Under the pieces are notes generated by a model that ran no database searches, was not told the DNA's origin, and saw nothing but the letters and a program-made list of their open reading frames with translations. The translations under genes and the position numbers were made by a program. DNA of 63,539 nucleotides, counting the filler. It is 6 parts of 6 records of this genome, joined end to end, with 100 filler letters (N's around TTAATTAATTAA, not from the genome) between each part and the next. Parts side by side here need not be neighbours in the genome. Positions count along the whole stretch, not along the records: positions 39,242 to 54,209 come from SRR20825010_3113; 5 more parts are not named here. The stretch is one strand, 5' to 3'. Below, in pieces: positions 39,243 to 48,630 of this stretch (positions are counted from its first letter, which is position 1; the number at the start of each line of letters is the position of its first letter).

Positions 39243-42200
39243 GATGGAACAACTTCAGTTACTGGATTAACTTCAGGAACATGGACGTGTACTGTAACAG
39301 ATGCGAACTCTTGTACATCGTCTACTTCATTTACATTAAATGTTGTTGACGTAACGCCTCCAACGGCGGTTTGTCAAAACATTAGTGTTTACTTGGATGG
39401 ATCAGGAAATGCTTCTATTACTGCAGCCGATCTTGATGGTGGTTCAGTTGACGACTGTGGAGGAGTAACTTTAAGTGCTTCGCAAACAACATTTGACTGT
39501 GACGATTTGTTCCCTGCACCGACAAGTAATTTGGTGATCACAGGTGCTTATGACGGTCCTTTAGTTGGTGGTAATCCAAAAGGAGTAGAGTTATACGTTT
39601 TAAACGATATCGCTGATTTATCTCTTTACGGTCTTGGAAGCGCAAATAATGGTAACGGAACAAGCGGACAAGAATTTACATTCCCAGCAGTTGCTGTAAC
39701 GTCAGGTACATATATCTACGTTGCTTCAGAAGCTACAGGGTTTACAAACTTCTTCGGATTCGCACCAAGTTATACAGATGCTTCAATGGGAATTAATGGA
39801 GATGACGCAGTTGAGCTATTCTTCAGCGGTTCTGTTATTGACGTATTTGGAGACATCAATGTGGATGGAACAAATGAACCATGGGATTACCTCGATGGAT
39901 GGGCATACAGAGTTAATAATACAGGTCCTGATGGATCATTGTTTGGACTTGCAAATTGGACATTCTCAGGAATTGATGCTTTGGATCTAGAAACAACGAA
40001 TGCTACTGCAGCGATTCCTTTTCCAGTTGGGTCTTATTCATATTCTGCAACACCAGCACCTATTGCGGTAACATTAACTGTAACAGATGGTGGAAGTAAT
40101 ACTGCAACGTGCGTAGCGAATGTAAGTGTACTTGACACAATTTCACCAGTTGTTGTTTGTCCTGGAAATCAAACTGAAGCAGCGAATTCAGCTTGTAGTT
40201 TTGTACTTCCAGATTACACAGGATTAACAATTGCTTCTGATAATTGTAGTTCAATAACTGTAACGCAGTCTCCAGCAGCTGGAACTGTAGTTAGCACTAC
40301 AACTACAATAACAATGACAGGAACAGATGCTAGTGGAAATACAGGAAGTTGTACGTTTGATGTTGTTTTAACAGACACAACAAGTCCAACTGCCTCTTGC
40401 CTTAATACAACGGTTTACCTTAATGGAGCAGGAACTGCTTCTATAGTTGCTGCCGATATTGATGGAGGTTCAGTAGATAATTGCTCTTCTGTAATCCTTA
40501 GCGCATCGCAAACATCATTCTCATGTGCTGACAATGGCGCAAACAACGTTGTGTTAACTGTAACTGATGGTTCAGGAAATATGTCAACATGTAACGCAAC
40601 AGTTACTGTACTTGATACCGTTGTACCAGTTGCGGTTTGTCAGAATGTTACTGCCTATTTAGATGGTTCTGGAAATGCTGTCGTGTTTTCAAACGATGTC
40701 GATGGAGGTTCAACTGACAATTGTGGAATCGCAGGATTAAGCTCAAGCCCAGCACTATTTAATTGTGCTAATTTAGGCGTGAATAATGTTTCACTTACAG
40801 TAACTGATAACAGTGGAAATACTGCAAGTTGTACTGCTGTTGTAACAATTCTTGATACAATTTCTCCTACACCTTCGTCACCAACATTGTCAGACGTTAA
40901 TGGAACATGTTCTGTAACGAGTTTGACGGATCCTTCGGCAACGGATAATTGTGGGTCAGTAACAGTTACAAATGATGCAGTATTGCCAATTAACACGGCT
41001 GGTACTACAGTGGTAACATGGACTTACACAGATGGAAGTGGAAATACAGCAACTCAAACGCAAAATGTTGTTATTACAAACTCTACAACATTTGGAACAG
41101 ATGTTCAAACTGCATGCGATTCTTATACTTGGATTGATGGAAATACTTATGCTGCTTCAAATAACAGCGCAACGTTTACATTAACCAACGCTGCAGGTTG
41201 TGATTCAATCGTCACGTTAGATTTAACAGTTAATTACTCTAACACAGGAACAGATGTTCAAACTGCATGTAATTCATATACTTGGATTGATGGAAACACT
41301 TATTCAGTGTCCAACAATACTGCGACGTTTACTTTGACGAACGCAGCAGGTTGTGATTCAGTAGTTACATTGAACTTAACGATCAATAACTCGAATACAG
41401 GAACAGACGCGATCGTAGCATGTGATTCTTACACTTGGATTGACGGAAATACTTACACGGCCTCTAACAATAGCGCAATGTTTACATTGACAAATGCTGC
41501 GGGTTGTGATTCTGTTGTAACACTTGATTTGACAATAAACAATTCAAATACAGGTACCGATGTTCAAACTGCATGTAATTCATACACTTGGATTGACGGT
41601 ATCACTTACACGTCATCAAACAACGCGGCAACGTTTACATTGACAAACGCGGCAGGATGTGATTCGGTTGTAACACTAGACCTTACGATCCTTACTGAGG
41701 TTGTTAGCGCAATTAGCGATGTAGCATGTGATTCGTATACATGGTCTCAAAATGGGATGACGTACGCGGCAAGTGGAACATACAGCGATACGATTTTTGG
41801 TGGTTCAGTTAACGGATGTGATTCAATCATTGTATTGACTCTAACGGTTAATCAGTCTTCATCATCTGTTGACGTTGTAAGTGCATGTGATTCTTACACT
41901 TGGATAAACGGAACAACTTATACAGCATCTAATAATTCAGCAACAGTTGTTTATACAAACGCTGCAGGATGTGATTCAGTAGTAACGTTGAACTTAACTT
42001 TAGGTTTCTCAACTACAACAACGCAAGTAGTTACATTATGTGAGCCATCATATACGTGGTCTGCGAATGGAACAACATACACATCAGGAGGAATGTACAC
42101 AGCATTGTTGACATCGTCAGCAGGATGTGATTCAACTGTAATGCTTGATTTAACATTAGGTGGTGGTATTGACGTAACAGTAACGCAAGTTGGCGAAACG

Positions 42201-42626
42201 TTAATCGCATCGCAGTTCGTTGCAGATTATCAGTGGATCGATTGTCAGAATATGACTCCAGTTTCTGGTGCTACAGGACAATCATTCTCTCCAACGGTAT
42301 CTGGAAGCTACGCAGTGATTATCACTGACAACAACTGTACAGACACAAGTGCTTGTATTACTGTTGATGTAACAGGATTGGATGAGTTAGATAGTAAGAA
42401 TGTTACAATTTACCCGAACCCAAGTTCTGGAAATGACGTGACGTTTGTTTACGACGGAATCATCTCAAACGTACAAGTGTATGACTTAGTTGGAAGACCT
42501 GTAATCAACACATCAAAACTGGTTAATAACAAGCTAGATGTTTCAGAGCTTTCTTACGGTAAATACATCGTTAAGATTTCAACTGAGTCTTCAGTGATCA
42601 CGAAAGAATTGATCATTGCGAGATAG
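39243..42626 (+). CDS. Large repetitive T9SS-secreted surface protein (SprB/HYR-like Ig repeats, lamin-tail-like domain, type A CTD), 5'-truncated
   Basis: Frame open from 39243 (TCTVTDANSC). Repeats LTVTDGSGN/DGGSxDNC, insert GPLVGGNPKGVELYV..INGDDAVEL, CTD IYPNPS..GKYIVKI..KELII. Confidence 0.9.
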   Translation, partial: DGTTSVTGLTSGTWTCTVTDANSCTSSTSFTLNVVDVTPPTAVCQNISVYLDGSGNASITAADLDGGSVDDCGGVTLSASQTTFDCDDLFPAPTSNLVITGAYDGPLVGGNPKGVELYVLNDIADLSLYGLGSANNGNGTSGQEFTFPAVAVTSGTYIYVASEATGFTNFFGFAPSYTDASMGINGDDAVELFFSGSVIDVFGDINVDGTNEPWDYLDGWAYRVNNTGPDGSLFGLANWTFSGIDALDLETTNATAAIPFPVGSYSYSATPAPIAVTLTVTDGGSNTATCVANVSVLDTISPVVVCPGNQTEAANSACSFVLPDYTGLTIASDNCSSITVTQSPAAGTVVSTTTTITMTGTDASGNTGSCTFDVVLTDTTSPTASCLNTTVYLNGAGTASIVAADIDGGSVDNCSSVILSASQTSFSCADNGANNVVLTVTDGSGNMSTCNATVTVLDTVVPVAVCQNVTAYLDGSGNAVVFSNDVDGGSTDNCGIAGLSSSPALFNCANLGVNNVSLTVTDNSGNTASCTAVVTILDTISPTPSSPTLSDVNGTCSVTSLTDPSATDNCGSVTVTNDAVLPINTAGTTVVTWTYTDGSGNTATQTQNVVITNSTTFGTDVQTACDSYTWIDGNTYAASNNSATFTLTNAAGCDSIVTLDLTVNYSNTGTDVQTACNSYTWIDGNTYSVSNNTATFTLTNAAGCDSVVTLNLTINNSNTGTDAIVACDSYTWIDGNTYTASNNSAMFTLTNAAGCDSVVTLDLTINNSNTGTDVQTACNSYTWIDGITYTSSNNAATFTLTNAAGCDSVVTLDLTILTEVVSAISDVACDSYTWSQNGMTYAASGTYSDTIFGGSVNGCDSIIVLTLTVNQSSSSVDVVSACDSYTWINGTTYTASNNSATVVYTNAAGCDSVVTLNLTLGFSTTTTQVVTLCEPSYTWSANGTTYTSGGMYTALLTSSAGCDSTVMLDLTLGGGIDVTVTQVGETLIASQFVADYQWIDCQNMTPVSGATGQSFSPTVSGSYAVIITDNNCTDTSACITVDVTGLDELDSKNVTIYPNPSSGNDVTFVYDGIISNVQVYDLVGRPVINTSKLVNNKLDVSELSYGKYIVKISTESSVITKELIIAR
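41094..42160 (+). repeat. Intragenic tandem repeat, 153 bp / 51 aa unit
   Basis: Units start at 41094, 41247, 41400, 41553 (GTDVQTACDSYTWIDGNTY..TLTNAAGCDSVVTL), followed by three more diverged copies. Confidence 0.9.
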
Positions 42627-42646
42627 ATAAGAATAATTTTAATTCG

Positions 42647-42682
42647 AAGCCCTTCCGTTAATCGGGAGGGCTTTTTTGTTTT
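42647..42682 (+). terminator. Intrinsic terminator
   Basis: AAGCCCTTCCG-TTAAT-CGGGAGGGCTT followed by a T-tract. Confidence 0.85.
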
Positions 42683-42794
42683 AATGGATTCTCATCCTTG
42701 ACCGAGGTAGCGAATCGTGCTTAGGTTATGTATAAGGCAGAATAATCAAATCTGAATCATCATAGTTTTCACTCGTATCTTACTAAGTTTGTAA

Positions 42795-44132
42795 ATGATC
42801 AAATCGAATTACATTCTTTTTTGCCTTTCCTTATTACTTTTTTCATGTGTCAACGAAAATGATCCCGCGATATTCTCATCATCTCTCGAAGTCAAGATCG
42901 CTGAAAAATATACGGTAGAACTCACCGAATTAACAGATGAAGAGTATCCCGACAATCCGGATATTTCTATTCGTCACGCTAAATGTTCAGGAACTGTCAT
43001 GGATAGTATTCGACTTTCAGAAAACGCGGGATTGGTTGATTTTACGCTACTTCCTAGTTCAAAGGGTGATGATACTGTTTATATGAGAGGGATTCCAATC
43101 TCGGAATTCATACCGTCAATTCCAGAATATGTTCAAGAAGATGAATACCTGTCGTTAATTTCGGTTGTTAACCAAGAGTGGAATAGAAACCAGGTTAAGT
43201 GGACGGACAAGGAGTTGCAAGAAATCACAACAGGAGTATACGTAGTGAATGGAGAAACGATAACGCGGATCGACATCGCACGAAATTGCCTGAATTCATA
43301 TTTGTGGGAGGTGTTCTTTTATGCAAAGAATGATGGGAAAGATCAGGTGTTTTACCACGGTTGGTTTAATTTTCCACCTGAATTGTATCAACGACTTTTT
43401 AAGGAGCGCAATAAGGATGACTTTGATAAATACTCAGAGTACTTGGAGAATTGGAAAGATCCCGAAAGTAAGAAGATAGATCTGGCGCGAATTAGAACAG
43501 TGAACGAATCGAATGAGTGTCAATTTGTAGCAAGAGATTATGAAATGTACCCGATAGCCGGCGAACGTGAGAAGAAAAAGATCGACATCGTATTTCCAGT
43601 AAATGCCAAAAGCATGGCCGATTTTCATACAGATTCTGCAAAGTTTGCAACGTTTTCACCACCTGGCTTCTATACAAAGAAGGAACCGAGGTCAACACAG
43701 CTAGGACGATTGGCAGCTTTAACATCCGTAATACGAAGAAAGACTGGGGCAAATGGTCAGTCAATGGATGAGTTTGAACTCGTTTTTCAGCGTAAATCCG
43801 GGGAAGTTACACGGTTTTTAATTGGTGGGCTGAACATTAGTAAACTGCCGCGCCTTGAGCAAGCAGATGCAAATAATGGAGTGCAACTTTCCATGGGAAT
43901 TGGAAATCATCCGTTCTATGAAAGCGCGAGTCAGCATAAAGTATTTTGTAGTAAGAAGAGCAGGTATTTCGGTATTCTTCTGGATGAAGATGGAAATTGG
44001 TTGGATAGCCATAAAGTTGGAATTGATGGACCGTTACTTCATCTAGATAAACAGAATCCGAAGTTACTTCATGTTTGGCTTCTCTCTTTCGAAAGACAAG
44101 CATTGGTTGGGCATTATATTATCACTTTATAG
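42795..44132 (+). CDS. Hypothetical lipoprotein
   Basis: Lipobox LFSC, 445-aa ORF, no family I can recognise. Confidence 0.8.
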   Translation: MIKSNYILFCLSLLLFSCVNENDPAIFSSSLEVKIAEKYTVELTELTDEEYPDNPDISIRHAKCSGTVMDSIRLSENAGLVDFTLLPSSKGDDTVYMRGIPISEFIPSIPEYVQEDEYLSLISVVNQEWNRNQVKWTDKELQEITTGVYVVNGETITRIDIARNCLNSYLWEVFFYAKNDGKDQVFYHGWFNFPPELYQRLFKERNKDDFDKYSEYLENWKDPESKKIDLARIRTVNESNECQFVARDYEMYPIAGEREKKKIDIVFPVNAKSMADFHTDSAKFATFSPPGFYTKKEPRSTQLGRLAALTSVIRRKTGANGQSMDEFELVFQRKSGEVTRFLIGGLNISKLPRLEQADANNGVQLSMGIGNHPFYESASQHKVFCSKKSRYFGILLDEDGNWLDSHKVGIDGPLLHLDKQNPKLLHVWLLSFERQALVGHYIITL

Positions 44133-44135
44133 AAC

Positions 44136-44167
44136 GAAAAAAGGGTTGATCCAAAGACCAACCCTTT
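44136..44167. terminator. Terminator between convergent genes
   Basis: AAAGGGTTG...CAACCCTTT stem with an A-tract (U-tract on the - strand). Confidence 0.7.
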
Positions 44168-44187
44168 CAAATTAAATTAGAACAGTT

Positions 44188-46263
44188 CTATCGAACTACA
44201 TTCCAACGTTGTGTTACAGTTTGACCATCAACAGTAAGGTTTACAAAGTAAATACCATCTGTAAGGTTGTTTCCTGTGTATGATGCTTTATGCTCTCCAG
44301 CAGTCATGAAGTTTGTTCCTCCATCGTGAACCAAGTTACCAAGCATATCAGTTATTTGAACAGAAACATTTGCTGAGTTCAATAAGTTGAATGAAAGGTT
44401 AACATTTCCATTAGATGGGTTTGGATACAATACGTAATCAGAAACGTGATCAATTTCGTTTACAGAAGCTCCAGGAGCGTTTGCGATTGAAACTGACTTC
44501 GCGTTCAAGATCTCTCCTGTTGTTGCGTTAAGAATGAGTACAACTGCGTGCGTTTTCAAAAGGCTATTAACAGTTGTAGCAGGAACACTAGTAAATGTAT
44601 GGTTGTGTGTTCCTAATGGAACTGAACCAGCTGGTAAACTACCTGCATCTCCTAAAATGTTATTGCTTGACAAGTAACGAGCTACGTGATCGTATCCTCC
44701 AAAAGCAGCAGGAGCAACTGGACTTCCAGCTGTTGACCACTCAAATCCACTAACAGGATCAGTTAAAAGGCCATTACCACCGCCATTGTATGCATTTACT
44801 TGAGACCAGCCTGTACCAGTACCAATTACGTCATCTTCAATAATAATTAATGACATTCTGTAGTTTCCTGCAATAGTTCCGTAGAACTCAGCAACAGCAG
44901 AAACATCAATTGAATTTGTACCAGCGTTGTATGCAGCATTCACTGAATTTACAGCACATGGAACAACATCAGTTACACGGTTTGCATGCATAGAAGAGAA
45001 CGTTGATGGATCTCCGCTAATAACACGGTCTACACCACCACCTGGGTAACCACCTGGAACATACGTCCCGATAGAACCGTCATAAGCAGCAACAGTCATT
45101 GGATCTTGGTTATGAACCGCAATTCCAATAAAGCTAGAAGTAGATTCCATTCCTGCTAAACCAACAGCACCACGCGGACACCATTGACACCATGTTCCTG
45201 TTTTCTCTTCACCAACAGTTGTTTTTGCTGGGATTTGAGTAAGAGTAACCGTAGAAGCAGAGGCTGCATTGTTCGTTAAATTAGCATCTCCAGTCATTGT
45301 AACACCCATGTTAATTGTGTACGACTGAGCAGCTACAGCATTTAACGGAGTAGAGTGAGAAAATTGGTAATATGTACCGTTTGGAGCTACGTTAACACCA
45401 CTAATAACAGCACTTTGAGGACCTGAACCAGTATCCCAAGCAGCTGTGAAAGAAGTAATTGCAGATGAGCCTAAGTTTCTAATAGTTCCCATGATTGTGT
45501 TGTTTCCAGCAGCAACATAAGGAAGAACATCTACAGAAGTTAAAGCGATTTCATTTGGAGCTTGAACTCCCGGGATGAATTCGTAAAATTTATCATCAGC
45601 AGGTGTTGGATCGTTGCTAAGTGAGTTAGCTCCTAAAGTAGGAGAACCAGCAACCATATAAGCCGTTGTTCCGTTGATTTGGATTCCAGCACTAATTGTA
45701 CCGTTTGAACCAGCTGGTCCAGAATTACGTTGATCTACAAGATAGATTTTGTTGGTAGTTTCCTCCAAAACGATTGACCAATAAGACCAACTTAAGCTAC
45801 CATTACTGCATGAGCTATAATGAATCCAGTGTTGACGATTTGGCGCCGTTCCAAAGTTCTTTCTAGAAGCGTAGTCATTAGTTCCATTTGTGTTGATTCC
45901 CCAAACGCAAATTGAATTATCTGGAATTGAAGCACTTGGAAGTGCTGCTGGAGTTGCGCCTGGAGCGGCACCTGGAGCAGCTGTAAATGTTAAAACTCCC
46001 GTAGAAGAAATAACATAACTAGTTACAGGTGAACCGTTGAACTCGAATGCAAACGGAATAGTTTGACTTGTTGACCAAGTCGGAGTAGTGATTGATGGTC
46101 CAATAATAGGTGTCCATCCTGCTGGTTGACCTCCGCCTACTGGGTAAGCATCGTCTTGGTTTAGTCCTCCAGGCGTGTTGCCAACATCCGACAGATAGTA
46201 GTACTGTCCAAATGCAAACGACCCTGTAAGGATAATGGCAATTGAAGTAATTATTTTTTTCAT
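44188..46263 (-). CDS. Omp28-related (thioredoxin-like CxxC) protein with T9SS type A CTD
   Basis: Signal peptide, EEKTGTWCQWCPRG, IAVHNQDPM, YDHVAR, CTD LYPNPS..GIYFVNL. Confidence 0.85.
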   Translation of the reverse strand: MKKIITSIAIILTGSFAFGQYYYLSDVGNTPGGLNQDDAYPVGGGQPAGWTPIIGPSITTPTWSTSQTIPFAFEFNGSPVTSYVISSTGVLTFTAAPGAAPGATPAALPSASIPDNSICVWGINTNGTNDYASRKNFGTAPNRQHWIHYSSCSNGSLSWSYWSIVLEETTNKIYLVDQRNSGPAGSNGTISAGIQINGTTAYMVAGSPTLGANSLSNDPTPADDKFYEFIPGVQAPNEIALTSVDVLPYVAAGNNTIMGTIRNLGSSAITSFTAAWDTGSGPQSAVISGVNVAPNGTYYQFSHSTPLNAVAAQSYTINMGVTMTGDANLTNNAASASTVTLTQIPAKTTVGEEKTGTWCQWCPRGAVGLAGMESTSSFIGIAVHNQDPMTVAAYDGSIGTYVPGGYPGGGVDRVISGDPSTFSSMHANRVTDVVPCAVNSVNAAYNAGTNSIDVSAVAEFYGTIAGNYRMSLIIIEDDVIGTGTGWSQVNAYNGGGNGLLTDPVSGFEWSTAGSPVAPAAFGGYDHVARYLSSNNILGDAGSLPAGSVPLGTHNHTFTSVPATTVNSLLKTHAVVLILNATTGEILNAKSVSIANAPGASVNEIDHVSDYVLYPNPSNGNVNLSFNLLNSANVSVQITDMLGNLVHDGGTNFMTAGEHKASYTGNNLTDGIYFVNLTVDGQTVTQRWNVVR

Positions 46264-46577
46264 AGTATAATGTTTAATAAACGTCCATTAAAAATAAGGA
46301 AAGTAACTGGGGCGCTGTGTTTCTAAATTAGACGACTATAGTAAGGCTAATAGACTCCTTGATTTAGACATAAAGTATTTAGGATTTGAAGTGTTGGAGA
46401 GTTAAAGTGGTGTAGATCAAATTATATAGGTGTTTCAGAGCGTTTTACTAGGAAGAACGAGTAGAATTAGTGATAAAGTAATGTGAACTAATTGGATTCC
46501 TATTATTAACCAAGTGTTAAAATACGAACATAATAACTACGTAACCTTGCCTAATGGCTCATTTAGCAATAAAAGGC

Positions 46578-46585
46578 TATATTTG
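46578..46585 (+). promoter_or_regulatory. Bacteroidota -7 promoter box for the TRL triplet
   Basis: TATATTTG (TAnnTTTG) 21 bp before ATG 46607. Confidence 0.55.
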
Positions 46586-46606
46586 GAAAAATTAAAATTT
46601 AACACT

Positions 46607-46870
46607 ATGAAAAAAATCAAATTGGGGCTATTTGCTGCACTTTTCGCAGGTTCAATGGCTTCTTGCACGGTGGTTCATACTGCTGTGGTTACCAACAACT
46701 CGGTAGGTGACAAAACTGGAGAAGTGAAAGGGACACCGTTTAAAAAGGATTTAGACCTTAGTTATGAGGCAGCAATGCGCAAAGGTAAAATCTCAAAAGT
46801 AGGAATTGCGGAATTCAAAGTAAGATACTTCTTTATTCCAATTTACAATTTTAGAGTAACTGGAGAATAA
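46607..46870 (+). CDS. TRL-like small lipoprotein 1
   Basis: MKKIK..MASC lipobox, VTNNSVGDKTG, SYEAAMRKGKISKV, ends VTGE. Confidence 0.75.
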   Translation: MKKIKLGLFAALFAGSMASCTVVHTAVVTNNSVGDKTGEVKGTPFKKDLDLSYEAAMRKGKISKVGIAEFKVRYFFIPIYNFRVTGE

Positions 46871-46888
46871 TTAAAAGACTAAATCATT

Positions 46889-47203
46889 ATGAAAAAGATT
46901 AAAGCATTCGTAGCAATCGTAGGTTTATTTGCATTTACCTCTTGCTCAATTACATACCCTTATACGGCAACTAATAATCCTATTGGAGACAAAGTTGGAA
47001 GATCTAAAACTACTATCGTTTTAGGTGCAGCTGGCGGAGCTGGTGGTGGTAATATCCAAAATGGTGTATTCTCAACGAATAAAAACTTTGGTGTTATTGA
47101 AGCAGCGCGTAAAGGCGATATCGATAAAGTAGCTACTGTTGATATCAAAGCTACAAATTTTGTATTCTTCCAAAAAGTGGAAGTAATCGTTACAGGTGAG
47201 TAA
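46889..47203 (+). CDS. TRL-like small lipoprotein 2
   Basis: FTSC lipobox, ATNNPIGDKVG, EAARKGDIDKVATVD, ends VTGE. Confidence 0.78.
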   Translation: MKKIKAFVAIVGLFAFTSCSITYPYTATNNPIGDKVGRSKTTIVLGAAGGAGGGNIQNGVFSTNKNFGVIEAARKGDIDKVATVDIKATNFVFFQKVEVIVTGE

Positions 47204-47220
47204 TAGAAAAAAAATAGAAC

Positions 47221-47499
47221 ATGAAAAAGACATTTAAAATAGGAATCATTGCATGCACTTTGCTTACAATGGTATCGTGCTCAATCTCAGGTCCAATTTT
47301 GGTTACTGACAATGAGAATACTAAAAAAGGAACAGCTAGTTATTCTGTAATTCTTGGGATTTTTAGACCAAAGGATGCGGATGTTTCAATTGCTAAAGCA
47401 GCACGTAATGGTGACATTACTCGTGTAGCTAGCGTTGACTGGAAAGTTCAATCTAAATTGTTTAAAACGACATACACAACTGTAGTTACTGGAAACTAA
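47221..47499 (+). CDS. TRL-like small lipoprotein 3
   Basis: MVSC lipobox, KKGTAS..ILG, DVSIAKAARNGDITRVASVD, ends VTGN. Confidence 0.8.
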   Translation: MKKTFKIGIIACTLLTMVSCSISGPILVTDNENTKKGTASYSVILGIFRPKDADVSIAKAARNGDITRVASVDWKVQSKLFKTTYTTVVTGN

Positions 47500-47515
47500 G
47501 AGTTGAACAATTATT

Positions 47516-47556
47516 AAAAGTCCTCCAAAGCTTAGGCGATGGAGGGCTTTTCTTTT
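47516..47556 (+). terminator. Intrinsic terminator closing the TRL triplet
   Basis: AAAAGTCCTCCA...TGGAGGGCTTTT followed by CTTTT. Confidence 0.75.
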
Positions 47557-47565
47557 ATCGATACT

Positions 47566-48018
47566 ATGAAGTCTATTTATTTAGTAACCATTGCCGTTTT
47601 TCTAATATCCACTCAACTCTTTTCGCAGGGTACAGGAATAACTCACTATGAACGGAAAGTTAAAAGCATTTCATTGCAATTTCCTGGAGAAAAGTATTCT
47701 TCCGAAGGATACTTAATTGTTGTTCCTGATTCTATTTATTCTTTTGGGAAGATTAGAGCGAAGAAGATCAATTTTGAAGTGTTTAAAGCGAAAGCTTATC
47801 GCTTGACTTTCGAAGAGAATGTTGTAAGCAACGTGGAATTTATTCTTTCAGGAGGCAAACGACTCGAAGCATTTACATCCCTTCTGAATACTCGCTTTGA
47901 AGGTAAGGTGGAGAAAACGGAATATGGATTTCTAGTGAAAATGGAGGGCGGAAAAACAATGAGGTGCTTCGTATCAAAGGTTGGATTAAAATCGCAAATT
48001 CGTTTATTACTCGACTAA
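47566..48018 (+). CDS. Hypothetical secreted protein
   Basis: Signal peptide MKSIYL..LFSQ. ATG 47539 lies inside the terminator, so 47566 is preferred. Confidence 0.65.
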   Translation: MKSIYLVTIAVFLISTQLFSQGTGITHYERKVKSISLQFPGEKYSSEGYLIVVPDSIYSFGKIRAKKINFEVFKAKAYRLTFEENVVSNVEFILSGGKRLEAFTSLLNTRFEGKVEKTEYGFLVKMEGGKTMRCFVSKVGLKSQIRLLLD

Positions 48019-48019
48019 A

Positions 48020-48625
48020 ATGAAGAAGGCTTTAATGTATATAGTGATCGCTGTGCTTTTCATTGGGTGTGCAGAGCAAGAATCGGAGTCAAAAGTACGA
48101 ACAACGGATTTTCTCCACTTAAATAAGGAGATCGGATGGCGTGTAAAGATTCCTGTTGGATTTGAAATTAATGATGCCAGCGAAATTTATGAAAATAATA
48201 GAAAGGGAATAGAAGTAACGGAAAAGGCCACTGGACAAACATTGGATACTTCGTTTCTTCAATCTGTTTTTGGTTTTCAGTTGGATAGTTCGAATCTCTT
48301 TCAGTCGATTGTTGCCGAGAGTGAGTTTCTATTGAAGGATGAATGGTTGGCGAATAATAGTACTACGAAACGACTATTTTATCTTCTTTATCAGGAGCAA
48401 GGAGTGGATCTTGATACAACCGAAACTTCAACGGAAATGATAGGAGGGATTGAATTTCAGACTTATTCTTTGGAACTCCAGGGTGATAAAAAGAAAGTGT
48501 TAATGCACCAAGTGTTCTATTCTGCATTAATTAACGGAAAGGATTTCAGTATAAACATTGTGGGTGATTCCAAAAAGAATGTAGAAAAAATTAGAACGGT
48601 TTGGTTGAGCTCTAAATTCAAGTAG
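48020..48625 (+). CDS. Hypothetical lipoprotein
   Basis: Lipobox FIGC, EIGWRVKIPVGFE. Confidence 0.7.
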   Translation: MKKALMYIVIAVLFIGCAEQESESKVRTTDFLHLNKEIGWRVKIPVGFEINDASEIYENNRKGIEVTEKATGQTLDTSFLQSVFGFQLDSSNLFQSIVAESEFLLKDEWLANNSTTKRLFYLLYQEQGVDLDTTETSTEMIGGIEFQTYSLELQGDKKKVLMHQVFYSALINGKDFSINIVGDSKKNVEKIRTVWLSSKFK

Positions 48626-48630
48626 AAACG

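Noticed and set aside
41094-41705. 153-bp repeats as CRISPR or a DGR template/variable pair
   Set aside because: They are in-frame coding repeats with mostly synonymous differences. There are no unique spacers, no evident adenine-specific bias, and no reverse transcriptase in the window.
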